Positions 9,607 through 19,981 of a DNA stretch of 38,400 bases are shown one piece after another (positions within the stretch are counted from its first letter, which is position 1; each line of letters begins with the position of its first letter). Made by a program: the position numbers and the translations under genes. A model generated the notes under the pieces. That model was not told where the DNA came from, ran no database searches, and worked only from the letters and a program-made list of their open reading frames with translations. The DNA lies in UHGV virus genome UHGV-1783985; one strand, 5' to 3'. This stretch comes from a virus.

Positions 9607-11922
9607 TCAGATTTTGCAGGCTCCGTCGCACTCATCTTCTGGCTCGACGGCTACAGCTTGCGTCAGTGGATTCTGCGGTTCGTCGTCATCACGCTTTCCT
9701 GCCCCATCTCTGGTGTTGTGGTAGTAAAGCGTTTTAACCCCCATCTTGTAGGCGAGAAGCAAATCTGACAGTAGCGTCATCATTGGGACTTTATCGCCTT
9801 CAAAGCGAGAAGGGTCATAGTTGGTATTGGCTGAAATAGCCTGGTCAAAGAACTTCTGGATGATCGCCACCTTTGTCAGATAGCCGCGGTTGTCCGGCAT
9901 ATCCCACAGGTATTCATACTGTTTCTTCAGTTTTTCAAACTCAGGCACGACCATCTTAACGATGCCGTCCTTAGAAGATTTCACCGACACCGGTCCACGA
10001 GGCGGTTCGATGCCGTTGGTGGAATTAGTGATCTGGCTGGAAGTCTCGCATGGCATTTGTGCCGTCAGTGTGGAGTTGCGAAGACCGTATTTTGCAATAC
10101 GTTCACGCAGTTCTTCCCACGGCATCTTTAACTCAAAGTTGGTTTCACCACTTTCGTCTAATGAAGAACGGTAATGGTCGATCGGCAACTGACCAATTGC
10201 GTATTTGGTCTGCTCAAACCAGTCACACTCACCTTTAGCTTCAGCAAGTTGGCAGCTGGCATCGAGAAGGTAATACTGGATAGCTTCGAACGTTTCATGC
10301 ACCAGTTTATTGCCAGCGGTATCAGAATAACGAACGCCATTCTTTGCCAGGTAATAAGCAAAGTTGGTTACACCGATTCCCAGGCTACGACGAGCTTTGG
10401 CAGGCACTTCGGCTGCCTCCATCGGATAGTCTTGATAATCCAGTAACGAATCCAGTGCAGCGACGGCATAGAACGCCACCTCTTTAAGAGACTCCAGTGA
10501 ACGGATGGCTCCGAGATTAAAAGCGGATAAAGTGCAAAGCGCGATCTCACCGTTCGGGTCGTCGGTAAATGTCAGTGGACGGGTGGGTAGGGTGATCTCC
10601 ATACACAGGTTTGACTGGCGGACAGGTGCAAGAGCAGGAATGAAAGCGCCATGCTCGTTAATATGATCGACGTTCGCAATATAAATTCGGCCCGTGGACG
10701 CACGTTCCTGCATCAGATATGAGAACAGCTCAATGGCAGGCACTGACTTCTTGCGAATTGAATCATCGGCTTCGTATTTATGGTACAGCTTTTCAAACAG
10801 ATCCTGGTCTGTGAAGAAGGCTTCGTACATATCAGGCACATCATGCGGGCTGAACAGAGTGATGTTCTCGCTTCTGACGAGTCGACGGTACATCAGACGG
10901 TTACTCATGACACCGTAATCAAGATGGCGAACGCGGTTTTCATCGATACCACGGTTATTTTTCACCACCAGCAGACTTTCAACTTCAAGATGCCAAATCG
11001 GGTAAAACGCTGTTGCTGCGCCACCACGGACACCACCTTGCGAGCAAGATTTAACAGCCGTCTGGAAATGCTTCAGGAATGGAATAACTCCGGTATGGGT
11101 GGCTTCACCATTGCGGATCTCACTGCCCAGCGCACGGATACGGCCAAAACCAATACCAATTCCAGCACGACGTGAAACGTAGTCGATAATTGCGGCTGAA
11201 GCTGCGCTAATCCCTTTCAGACTATCGCCAGACTCAATCAGCACACAACTGGAGAACTGACGGGTTGGAGTACGGACGCCGGCCATGATTGGTGTGGGCA
11301 GAGACAGTTTGAACGTACTTGTAACGTCATAGAAACCTTTGACCATCTCCATACGTGTTTTGCCAGCGCAGTCGTCTTCCCAATTCTGGAACAGACACAT
11401 GCCTACCAGCATATAGATATGTTGCGGCCCCTCATGAATCTCACCAGTAACACGGTTTTGAACGAGGTATTTGCTTTGCAATTGCACCGTAGCTGCATAG
11501 CCAAAAAGATCGTCACGTTTAGGCTTAATGTAATTGCCGAGTTCTTCGATCTCTTCAAACGAATAATGTGTCAGCAAATCCTTGTCATAAACGCCCTTGT
11601 TAACGTTCTTGACAATGTGTTGGTAGAAGTTCGGATAGTCGTAACGACCGAAGGCATCTTTGCGGATTTTAAAAATGTTCAGGCGGGCAGCCACCTGTGA
11701 GTAATTTGGTGCATCTGGTGAGATCAAATCAGCGGCAGATTTAACCAAAGCCTCATGCAACTGGCTGGTGGTAATCCCATCAAAAATGCTGGCCGCAGCT
11801 CCCATTGCTACAGCGGATGCGCTTACACCACGAATGCCTTCTACGCCATACATTACGACGCGGTTGTATTTTTCTTCGGATAACGGCTCTGTTTGGCCGT
11901 TACGTTTTACGATGCTTATCAT
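9607..11922 (-). CDS. nrdA: Ribonucleotide reductase class Ia alpha subunit
   Basis: 771-aa ORF with long stretches matching E. coli NrdA (VTGEI, LPTPIMAGVRTPTRQFSSCVLIE, SCSQGGVRGGAAT, NLCMEI, C-terminal GACKI). Confidence 0.92.
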   Translation of the reverse strand: MISIVKRNGQTEPLSEEKYNRVVMYGVEGIRGVSASAVAMGAAASIFDGITTSQLHEALVKSAADLISPDAPNYSQVAARLNIFKIRKDAFGRYDYPNFYQHIVKNVNKGVYDKDLLTHYSFEEIEELGNYIKPKRDDLFGYAATVQLQSKYLVQNRVTGEIHEGPQHIYMLVGMCLFQNWEDDCAGKTRMEMVKGFYDVTSTFKLSLPTPIMAGVRTPTRQFSSCVLIESGDSLKGISAASAAIIDYVSRRAGIGIGFGRIRALGSEIRNGEATHTGVIPFLKHFQTAVKSCSQGGVRGGAATAFYPIWHLEVESLLVVKNNRGIDENRVRHLDYGVMSNRLMYRRLVRSENITLFSPHDVPDMYEAFFTDQDLFEKLYHKYEADDSIRKKSVPAIELFSYLMQERASTGRIYIANVDHINEHGAFIPALAPVRQSNLCMEITLPTRPLTFTDDPNGEIALCTLSAFNLGAIRSLESLKEVAFYAVAALDSLLDYQDYPMEAAEVPAKARRSLGIGVTNFAYYLAKNGVRYSDTAGNKLVHETFEAIQYYLLDASCQLAEAKGECDWFEQTKYAIGQLPIDHYRSSLDESGETNFELKMPWEELRERIAKYGLRNSTLTAQMPCETSSQITNSTNGIEPPRGPVSVKSSKDGIVKMVVPEFEKLKKQYEYLWDMPDNRGYLTKVAIIQKFFDQAISANTNYDPSRFEGDKVPMMTLLSDLLLAYKMGVKTLYYHNTRDGAGKRDDDEPQNPLTQAVAVEPEDECDGACKI

Positions 11923-11995
11923 GTATCACCAAATAAAGAGGGCCACTAAATATAGTGGCCCATGTTAATAGATAAGTGCCTACCTATCAATGAGG

Positions 11996-12565
11996 TCAAA
12001 TGAGAGACTTGAGAACATCGCACACCTGGCGGAACTGATCTGTTTGCATACCGGTATGGATGGCAGCCACCGCATCAGCCAAATGTTCGTTTTTGTTCAC
12101 GAGAACATCCTGTCCAGATTGCTTACGACGCAGCCACGGTGCTTTAGGGTGTTTTTTCGTAGCCCACTGGATAATCTCTTCTTTCGATGTTGTAAGTTTA
12201 TTGCCGACAAAATGTTTAATTTCGTTTGGAGTAACCTGGATCAATGGCTTATCCACACACGCAAGTACACCGATGCAAATACCGTAAGACGTCTGCGAAC
12301 GAGAGTTTTGGCTCCCAACCGGTAGCTCACAAAAAACCATATTTGCCTTATCAATGATTGGCTTTGCAACACGCCATATTTCACTGGCGCGGCGAAGATC
12401 GTCACTGTTCACACGAACTGTCTTTTTGTTATTCCCCGCTTTAGTCTCAACAAGAGTAAGGCCGTGAATCTCAAGTTCGTCCGTTTCAAGGTCTAAAGTG
12501 CCCACAGCAAGCCCAAAGTTGCTCATTGAGGGATCAACACCAACTACGCTGATTTTTTTACTCAT
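11996..12565 (-). CDS. RuvC-like Holliday junction resolvase
   Basis: 189-aa ORF; N-terminal VVGVDPSMSNFGLAV (catalytic Asp context), later FCELP and ADAVAAIHTG typical of RuvC-fold resolvases. Confidence 0.55.
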   Translation of the reverse strand: MSKKISVVGVDPSMSNFGLAVGTLDLETDELEIHGLTLVETKAGNNKKTVRVNSDDLRRASEIWRVAKPIIDKANMVFCELPVGSQNSRSQTSYGICIGVLACVDKPLIQVTPNEIKHFVGNKLTTSKEEIIQWATKKHPKAPWLRRKQSGQDVLVNKNEHLADAVAAIHTGMQTDQFRQVCDVLKSLI

Positions 12566-12574
12566 ATAGTCTCC

Positions 12575-13318
12575 TTACCATGTTCCCCATATAGGGTTTT
12601 CCAATAATCTCGCCTCCAACGAATTGGCTACTATTGCCGTTTGCAACGTTGGTTGGGGATAGTTTGCAAAGTCTGAATACTCATTTTCCTGCGTGACAAG
12701 TTTATCTGCGGCATCTTTAACGCCACTTGCTATGAAATGACGCATGATGCCCAACAGCCTCCGACTGTCTGCACTATCGTTTGCTAAAACATGAGGGAGC
12801 TGAAGTTCGATTTCTACCATTTCTCCATACTTACCAACAAACTGTAGTTTGTCCGCACTGTACTTTTTATCCCTCCTTTGGATAAGGAAACCAGTAAAAG
12901 CATCACCTGGCGATGCCAAACTATCCGCCCGCTTATTGGCAAGTCGAATAAGATTCGTGAAAGCCATACAGAGATGCGCATCCATTGCCCCAAAGAACCC
13001 TTCGCTATTAATGTTAAGATCTTCAGTTTCATGGGTTGCGATAAACCCAGGTCCGACGTTGGGAAGATATCCCCCCTCAACAAAAGGATTAATCAAGATC
13101 GGCGCAATACATCCAGACGGCAGTGATTCCAAACTTTGCATCAATGGTGTCTCGGATATTAGACCAAGCAACGGGGCGAATTGTGCTTTGTCAATATTAT
13201 TGCTGCCCCACAGAATACGTGGAGCCGCACTATTGGAAGTATGCCCATTGATCAGTTTTATCGACTGCATCACTGCAAACACCTGCAAAAACTGCGAGCG
13301 GCTTAATTTAAACGACAT
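12575..13318 (-). CDS. Hypothetical protein
   Basis: 247-aa ORF between resolvase and SbcC-like genes; overlaps SbcC-like stop by 11 nt. Confidence 0.5.
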   Translation of the reverse strand: MSFKLSRSQFLQVFAVMQSIKLINGHTSNSAAPRILWGSNNIDKAQFAPLLGLISETPLMQSLESLPSGCIAPILINPFVEGGYLPNVGPGFIATHETEDLNINSEGFFGAMDAHLCMAFTNLIRLANKRADSLASPGDAFTGFLIQRRDKKYSADKLQFVGKYGEMVEIELQLPHVLANDSADSRRLLGIMRHFIASGVKDAADKLVTQENEYSDFANYPQPTLQTAIVANSLEARLLENPIWGTW

Positions 13319-15224
13319 AGCTGCGCCCCTCTTTAACTTCCAGCGTAATAGTTTCCCGGAACCATGACTTCATCTCTTTATGGGAGATAATCAGCACAGT
13401 ACCTCGCTCGCGAGCTTTGGACTCCAGAATACCCATGAGGCGTTCAAGACCGGCTGTATCGAGTGCATCGTCAATTTCGTCGCCGATAAACAAATCGATG
13501 TTTTTACTCGCCCGGTTACTAACCAGATCCTGCAATGCCAAAGAACACGCAATGCGAACCTTCCGCTTCTCACCACCAGAGAGGGTCTGGAACGACTTAC
13601 TTGAACCTTTCTTCTGCACACTAATGTTGAATTTGTCGCGATACTCACCTTTTTTAGTGACATCCATCGTCGACCACTCAGCAGTAATATTCCCGTCAGA
13701 CAACGTATTGAGATACTCGGCTGTGCGTGTATTCAGGAAAGGCGTAACAGACGTCAAAATATGAGAACGCACCCCGGCAGGAGAGTAGACCTGACGAGCT
13801 TTTTCCAATAGCAACGTTTGTTCCTGAATAGCCTTCAACTCATCTTTTAAGGACTTGAAGGTAGACTTACTGGATACCAGGTTATCTTCGTGTCTGGCGA
13901 TAAGAGCAATAAACGGATTAATCTCTTTTGATATACGATCGACCTCAGTACGAGCACGAGTAACAAGAGACTCAATAGCAACAACCTCCTTCTCACGATG
14001 ACGCAAAGATGAGAGTTGTTTAGTAAGTTCTTCAATCCGGGCAATGATAGCCGTTACATCAGGTGTCGTTTTAACAAGGGCAGACTCAATGCTTAACGCC
14101 TTCTCAAGATTCGTTTTGTGTTTAGCCATTGCCTCTGCAAGTGTCTTCGCCTGACCAATTTCCTGACGTGCTTGTTCAATGAAATTCTCCTTCACCGTTG
14201 ATAGATCTTCTTCGCAGTAGGCTTTGCCACAAGTAGGGCATGGTGATCCTACTTTAGTACCAACCTCTTCTGCTTTGGTCTTAAAATTGCGCGCGCGGCT
14301 CATTGCATCAGCCTGACTATTTTCTGTAGCTTTGATGCTTGCCCGAATATCAGTTATCGCACCACGCACTTTGAGCAACTTGGCATCATGTTCTTCTTTT
14401 GAGGCTAACTTTTTGCGCTCACTTTCGATTGCCTTCTCGGTATCACGGATCTGTTCGGGAAGAGTGCGGATCTCAAGTTCAACTTCCGTTAACTCAACTT
14501 CGGCACTTGCCAGCCCAGCCAGGGCATCGTCATAACGTTTAGAACGCTCTTGTTCCCATGATTCAGAGGAGGCTTTCGCGGACTCAATTTCTGACTGTGT
14601 TGCCTCAATGGTCGAGATTGTTGACTCCAATTTGGTTTTAACCACGTCCGTACGTGCGGCAGCTGCGTTAGCTCGTTCACGAGCAATAGCGTAGGCGCGT
14701 GTCAGTCTGTCAACGCCAGCGGCTTCTTCTACGATGGTTTTAAGGTTTTTGTCGGACATTCCAGGTAGATCTGGCATAGCTTCTTGGCTCGCATAGATAG
14801 AAGCCATGAAAACCTCTTTAGATGCACCGATCAGACGCTCGACGAACTCTTGCGTCAGCGCATCTTTGCCTTTCGTCATATCGCCATCTTCACCACGAAC
14901 GATAAGACGATTTTTGAACTCTTTGTGTTTACGGTGACGAATGATCGCATATCTCTTGCCTTCATCCTCGATGGTTACTGCAACACGACAGTTCTTTTCA
15001 TGGTCGGTAGACAACACATCGTCACCCTTCACACCATGAGCTGTTTCGCCATAAAGACACCACATCAGGCTATTCATTAGCGTTGACTTTCCAGAGCCAT
15101 TGCTTGATGCGGAACTATCGTCACTATTAACGCCCTGAATTAGCACTAAACCACGCTGATCTAACTCGACCTCCGCGCTGGCGATAGCCATAAAATTCTC
15201 AACCTGGAGTTTTAAAAACTTCAT
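13308..15224 (-). CDS. SbcC/Rad50-like recombination ATPase
   Basis: 638 aa; Walker A GSGKST, long coiled-coil middle with CPTCG zinc hook-like motif, ABC signature LSGGEKRKV, Walker B LFIGDEIDDALD. Confidence 0.85.
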   Translation of the reverse strand: MKFLKLQVENFMAIASAEVELDQRGLVLIQGVNSDDSSASSNGSGKSTLMNSLMWCLYGETAHGVKGDDVLSTDHEKNCRVAVTIEDEGKRYAIIRHRKHKEFKNRLIVRGEDGDMTKGKDALTQEFVERLIGASKEVFMASIYASQEAMPDLPGMSDKNLKTIVEEAAGVDRLTRAYAIARERANAAAARTDVVKTKLESTISTIEATQSEIESAKASSESWEQERSKRYDDALAGLASAEVELTEVELEIRTLPEQIRDTEKAIESERKKLASKEEHDAKLLKVRGAITDIRASIKATENSQADAMSRARNFKTKAEEVGTKVGSPCPTCGKAYCEEDLSTVKENFIEQARQEIGQAKTLAEAMAKHKTNLEKALSIESALVKTTPDVTAIIARIEELTKQLSSLRHREKEVVAIESLVTRARTEVDRISKEINPFIALIARHEDNLVSSKSTFKSLKDELKAIQEQTLLLEKARQVYSPAGVRSHILTSVTPFLNTRTAEYLNTLSDGNITAEWSTMDVTKKGEYRDKFNISVQKKGSSKSFQTLSGGEKRKVRIACSLALQDLVSNRASKNIDLFIGDEIDDALDTAGLERLMGILESKARERGTVLIISHKEMKSWFRETITLEVKEGRSYVV

Positions 15225-15453
15225 ATAACACCTTTGATACCGTGTGTTAGCTTTTGACCTTCTTTCAATCTGAACTCCGTATGCGCCGGGAAGGATCTGC
15301 GCCTCAATACGCCTTTTCTGGTTAACCTTCCAAGATAAAACGCTACGGGATTTCCTTGTGGCGGGTAGGGCTTGTGAAACATCACCGTCTGGCCTCGTTC
15401 AAGTCTTTTCATCGTGATGGCAAAGTCTCAAAAGCTCCCATAACGACTTTGCC

Positions 15454-16539
15454 TCACACAGCCTCCGAACTCTCCGCTTCGGTGAGGATTTCCTGACACA
15501 AAATATCCAACTTGCTCAGATCAAATCCGCCGTCAGTATCGTGGACAATCTTGCAATAAGCAGATACCGACTCTCCCAGGCTATCGATTTTGCTGGTTTC
15601 CGTTGTGCTTGCTGTCCCTTCCATCATTGATGACTTACGGATGAAGTTGCACACAACACCTTTTGCACCCATTGTTTTGAGGATGTTCTGGTACTTAATG
15701 CCTTCTTCGTCGTTCTCGATTACGGCGCGGAAACGCACGTAGTTGCCGCGAATTTGGTCATCTGCAACATAATCTTCCAGGTTAATGAATTTAGGCGCAC
15801 TGGTTTCGTAGTGACTGAAACTGCCGTCCGGGTTTACGATCATGTAACCAGCTAGAGATCCAACATCTCCCCAATTTTGATGGGTCAGTGCACCGACACT
15901 GATAACTCCAGGAATGACCTCTTTGTGATTGTGGTAATGCCCACTAAGCACGAGACGAAAGCCGATATCCTTTAACTCCTGCGCATCGATACCGACGTCA
16001 GGCATTGTTGGAATAGCTTTGTTAATGGATGTATGGATAACAACGTCATGATTATCACCTTCTACGCTCTTACGTAATGCTTTCAGATCGCTGATAAGCT
16101 CCGCATGATTGTTACGCCAGCTAATCAGGTGGACAGTGACATCACCAATTTTTATTGAGTGTGGGCGCTTGCCACATACGATTATCACGCCGATAGAACT
16201 CAGCGATGCTGCTGCGTTGGCGCTATATACTGAATCGTTGGTTTCAAGATCGTGATTACCGGCCAGCATTACTACTGTCAGATCAAGCTCGTTGATAATC
16301 CACTTGTACGTTTCAGTTACGTAATGCAAAACAGAAGGGGACACAGTTCCTCGGACGTGAAATGTATCACCGGCAACCAACATGTACTTACAACCGGCCT
16401 TCTTCATGGCGATGGCTGCTTCTTTCGTTGCTTCCAACTGTATTTCAAGTCTGGAGTTAAGCCCCTCAGCGTTCGTCGTGGAGAACGCATCCCATTTGTG
16501 GTAGTGGCAGTCAGAAATGACGCCGTATGGCAAAGTCAT
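15454..16539 (-). CDS. SbcD/Mre11-like nuclease (calcineurin-like phosphoesterase)
   Basis: 361 aa; SDCHYH, VAGDTFH, LAGNHD, HTS and SGHYHNH phosphoesterase motifs; adjacent to SbcC-like gene. Confidence 0.8.
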   Translation of the reverse strand: MTLPYGVISDCHYHKWDAFSTTNAEGLNSRLEIQLEATKEAAIAMKKAGCKYMLVAGDTFHVRGTVSPSVLHYVTETYKWIINELDLTVVMLAGNHDLETNDSVYSANAAASLSSIGVIIVCGKRPHSIKIGDVTVHLISWRNNHAELISDLKALRKSVEGDNHDVVIHTSINKAIPTMPDVGIDAQELKDIGFRLVLSGHYHNHKEVIPGVISVGALTHQNWGDVGSLAGYMIVNPDGSFSHYETSAPKFINLEDYVADDQIRGNYVRFRAVIENDEEGIKYQNILKTMGAKGVVCNFIRKSSMMEGTASTTETSKIDSLGESVSAYCKIVHDTDGGFDLSKLDILCQEILTEAESSEAV

Positions 16540-16793
16540 GTATTTTTCCTTTGTGGTTATTTTGATACAAATTTTAAGAGCAATAAGAAGGTAAACAACT
16601 ATGCATAACGGTATGTTAGGAATGAAACGAGCGTCTTAATATACAAAATTTATAAGTAAGTATATACCTATTTGCTGTGGCGCAACTTTGCTTGTCTGTA
16701 TGATTAAAAATAAGACAGGATCACTGTAGAACGCTATGAGAGCTATTTTGAGGAGGCGTAGATTCTATCTACGCCAATATACGATCTGGAAGG

Positions 16794-17438
16794 TTACAGC
16801 GCGTCAGTGGGCTTTTTACGCGCTGCGTTTATGCTTATGACGCCAGCTTTTGGACGTGGGTCAACAAGGTTAAGCTCTTCTTCACTGTGGTATTCGAGGT
16901 CGAACTCACGTTTTACATGTCTGATGTAGATTGCGGTGAGCAGGCTATCTTTGGTTAGGAAGTGTCCGTAGGATTTACGGATCACTTCTTCTACCTTCTC
17001 GATTTTCTCTCCACCCATACAGAGATGATTAAACCGGCTGTGTTTTCGCAACATTTCGTCTACTGGACCTGAGTAAACCTTGTCTACTTTCCCAAAACGG
17101 ATGATTTTCCCTGTGTCTGCGGATACAAGGCAAATCAGCTTGTCTGGTGATAAACGATCTCGCCACGTCACACCTGAACGAAGTGTGTTGAAGTAGGGGG
17201 CATCCAATCCGATGATCGGTTTACGAAATGCGAGCAATGGAACGTACCTGATGCAACTGTTTAAATGAAAGTTCACACCAGCCTTATCAAGTTTAATTCT
17301 GGTTTCGTAGATCGGGCACTTCGCCGCTATACCGCAGATGTCACAAAGCAGCTTCTGCTTATTCAGGTTGGAATTTGATTCGATAGTGTAGGAGCCGTCT
17401 TCAAGACGACGAACCCAGCGCGTGCGTTTTAGATCCAT
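16794..17438 (-). CDS. Hypothetical protein
   Basis: 214-aa ORF; no motif recognised. Confidence 0.45.
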   Translation of the reverse strand: MDLKRTRWVRRLEDGSYTIESNSNLNKQKLLCDICGIAAKCPIYETRIKLDKAGVNFHLNSCIRYVPLLAFRKPIIGLDAPYFNTLRSGVTWRDRLSPDKLICLVSADTGKIIRFGKVDKVYSGPVDEMLRKHSRFNHLCMGGEKIEKVEEVIRKSYGHFLTKDSLLTAIYIRHVKREFDLEYHSEEELNLVDPRPKAGVISINAARKKPTDAL

Positions 17439-17637
17439 ATGTCATTTTTCTGTGATTGTTAGCCGAGGCAACGATAACCCACCAGGTGCGCCGAAGGTAG
17501 TAAATGCCTGTTTTAATTATTCACATATCCACAGGATAGATCCTAATAAAGAGATCCATAGATAGATCCTTGTATAGATCAAATAAGATCCCCGATCGCT
17601 GTAAGCCGCGCCACGACTGGTCTGAAGTCATGTTCAT

Positions 17638-17739
17638 GTATGCTGCCAGCGGTAATTGATAGTCTGTCAACGGTTCGCCGTATGCTGCCAACTGTTTTTG
17701 GTATGCTGCCAGCGGCAAATCAAGTATGCTGTCAGCGGT
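17638..17739. repeat. Iteron cluster upstream of rep (about 4 copies)
   Basis: Direct repeats of consensus GTATGCTG(C/T)CAGCGGT at 17638, 17701, 17724 plus a degenerate copy near 17679. Confidence 0.8.
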
Positions 17740-17759
17740 TGAATGACAAAGGTGTCCAC

Positions 17760-18854
17760 ATGTCCACAAAAAATAAAAAAGGTAAAAATAACAAAGAAGT
17801 AGAAGATAATCTCGACAACTTTGAAGAAGGTTCCCTTGAATTGTACACAGGGGAACTTGTCCCTAATAGCAACAATACAGTCCAACCAATTGCGTTGATG
17901 CGGCTGGGGTTGTTCGTGCCCACGCTCAAGGGGACAAAATACAGCAAGCGTAACAAGCCAAATGAGATCGATGCTTCAAAGGAGCTTGTTCAGCTCGAAG
18001 TAGCCCGTTCTGAAGGCTATTCCGATATCAAGATAACCGGTCCTCGTCTCGACATGGATCATGATTTCAAAACGTGGGTGGGCGTCGTGCGTTCGCTGGC
18101 AGAATACGGCGAACCTAACGGTCGTGTCGAGTTAAGCATCACGAAATTTGCGAAGTTTTGTGGCTATCCATCGTCACAGATCCGCAAAACACTCCGCGAC
18201 CGGCTTACAAACAGTCTTTTGAAGATTATGCGTACCACTCTGTCTTTCCAGAGAACGTATGAAGAAAAGAATGTCGACGGTTCTAACAAGATCTCGCTTC
18301 TGATGGTGCACCTCATCAATAGCGTGGACTACAACGAGCAGAAAGATACGGTGGTATTCTATGCAGAACCGAAGCTGGCCGAACTATATCGCTTTGACCA
18401 TAAGGTTCTTTTGCAGTTAAAGGTTATCAATAAGCTACCACGCAAAGAAACAGCACAGGCTCTGTACACCTTCATCGAAAGTCTTCCAACCAAGCCTGCG
18501 CCGGTATCGCTTGCTCGATTGCGTGCGCGACTCAATTTGAGTAGCAGGAATGTCAGCTCGCAGAATCAGACTATACGTAACGGCTTAAAAGTTCTTCAAG
18601 ATTTGGGCTATCTCGAATACAGCGAGATTAAGCGAGGGCGGTCGATCTATATCCAGATTCACAGCCGCAATCCAAAACTCAAAGTCGCACCGCCAAAACC
18701 TGAAGACATCGAACCCAAAAAACCAGATGAGAAAGCTGGGGAAATTGATGCCAAACAGAACATTATCAACAAGATAACCGAACTTTCGCAGAATTTGACG
18801 CCTGAAAATATCAAGATGATTGAGATCCTTTCCAATAGTCTCAAACTGCTTTGA
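17760..18854 (+). CDS. Putative iteron-binding replication initiator (Rep-like origin-binding protein)
   Basis: Plus-strand ORF flanked on both sides by iterons; start placed at ATG 17760 (MSTKNKKGK), the ORF-track start at 17640 lies inside the iterons. Basic N-terminus and size (364 aa) consistent with plasmid RepA-type initiators; assignment by context. Confidence 0.6.
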   Translation: MSTKNKKGKNNKEVEDNLDNFEEGSLELYTGELVPNSNNTVQPIALMRLGLFVPTLKGTKYSKRNKPNEIDASKELVQLEVARSEGYSDIKITGPRLDMDHDFKTWVGVVRSLAEYGEPNGRVELSITKFAKFCGYPSSQIRKTLRDRLTNSLLKIMRTTLSFQRTYEEKNVDGSNKISLLMVHLINSVDYNEQKDTVVFYAEPKLAELYRFDHKVLLQLKVINKLPRKETAQALYTFIESLPTKPAPVSLARLRARLNLSSRNVSSQNQTIRNGLKVLQDLGYLEYSEIKRGRSIYIQIHSRNPKLKVAPPKPEDIEPKKPDEKAGEIDAKQNIINKITELSQNLTPENIKMIEILSNSLKLL

Positions 18855-19386
18855 TATGCTGTCAGCGGTGAAATGTATGCTATCAGCGGCTATTTTTCTG
18901 AAAAGTATGCTGTGAACGGTTAGAGATATGCTACTAGCGGTATAGTGAGATAAACGTATGCTGTGAGCGGTAAAACATCTATCACCACTCAATGCTCTGT
19001 CATACCTACCCAGTGGTTACTAACCTCGAAGAGTGCATTCCATATAGGTTTGCGCTCACTAACATTCTATTGCCATTGCGCTGATTGCTTGTAGTGAAAG
19101 GCATTTATTGCCTGCTGCTCCCTGATAGAACGTATGCTGTCAGCGGTGTTTTATTGAGGAATTTTTGTTTGGATATGCTATCAGCGGTAATTAATGGTAT
19201 ATGTCAGACCTTCGTATGCTGCCAGCGGTAATTTTGTTCTGGTTATACCCATACCGGTACACATTATTCATGCAATGTCTTAAGTATGCTGTCAGCGGTA
19301 AAAAATCGAGTAAAGTATGCTGTGAGCGGTGAGATAAACTCTCGATATGCTATCAGCGGTAATTGATTGTGTATGCTGTCAGCGGT
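18854..19386. repeat. Iteron array downstream of rep (about 11 copies), putative replication origin
   Basis: 16-bp repeats (G/A)TATGCT(G/A)(T/C)(C/G)A(G/A)CGGT at 18854, 18875, 18905, 18926, 18956, 19132, 19173, 19214, 19284, 19314, 19345, 19371; spacing mostly 21-41 bp, same orientation. Confidence 0.8.
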
Positions 19387-19433
19387 GACGACAATGAAAT
19401 ATGACTGCGGAACGAGCCGCAGTCAGTTTGCAT

Positions 19434-19646
19434 TTAGTGTATTTTCTTTAACAGACCCCAAAGTGTCCCGGCTTTTGTAGTCAGTTTTCCTGTTTCTGGA
19501 TCGTACATACGCCATTCACGCCGCTGGTGGACGATATACCCATCTTCACGTTCCAGACGCTCAAGAATGCCAGGCTGCTTGAAGCCCTTAGCACGCCAGT
19601 AGCCGCTTGTTTTCTCGATTTCCAGACCTGCCAGTGTTAATGCCAT
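19434..19646 (-). CDS. Hypothetical small protein
   Basis: 70-aa ORF; start overlaps upstream gene stop. Confidence 0.45.
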   Translation of the reverse strand: MALTLAGLEIEKTSGYWRAKGFKQPGILERLEREDGYIVHQRREWRMYDPETGKLTTKAGTLWGLLKKIH

Positions 19647-19981
19647 TATCCAACCTCCTTGCAGTCATCGAAAAGGTAGCTTTGCTGAGAAGCGTGAACG
19701 CCATAGAAGCCCTTGTATTTGTTGTATACGAAGTGGTCTTCTCCGACGCCGGTTAATTTGCCATTACGGTTTGTGAGATATGGGGATGACAATACTCGAT
19801 CGTCACGCACAACATAGAACTGGTCGCCGCTGTCTACGACCATCGCGCCATATGGTGCTTTTATGACGTCGGTAAGAGCGCCATTCTTAACTTCGGCTAC
19901 AGACATTTCACACTGATAAACAGTGGCGTCGGCCACAACGATCGAAGAAAGGAACAACAGAGCGAATGGGATGGCCTTCAT
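19646..19981 (-). CDS. Secreted/periplasmic small protein
   Basis: 111 aa; N-terminal signal peptide MKAIPFALLFLSSIVVADA followed by a hydrophilic domain with one Cys pair. Confidence 0.55.
   Translation of the reverse strand: MKAIPFALLFLSSIVVADATVYQCEMSVAEVKNGALTDVIKAPYGAMVVDSGDQFYVVRDDRVLSSPYLTNRNGKLTGVGEDHFVYNKYKGFYGVHASQQSYLFDDCKEVG

Noticed and set aside
15221-15412. 63-aa ORF between the SbcC-like and SbcD-like genes
   Set aside because: Short, no motif, no clear RBS; may be real given operon spacing but not supportable.
17521-18992. Minus-strand ORFs 17521..17769, 17667..17885, 17732..17956, 18585..18992 and 18659..18844
   Set aside because: They overlap the iterons or run antisense to the Rep-like gene; likely artefacts of repeat sequence and frame shadows.
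17638-19386. Regularly spaced short repeats that could be mistaken for a CRISPR array
   Set aside because: Repeats are only 16 bp, spacing is irregular (21-41 bp and larger gaps), they flank and partly overlap an initiator-like gene, and no cas genes or leader are present; iterons fit better.
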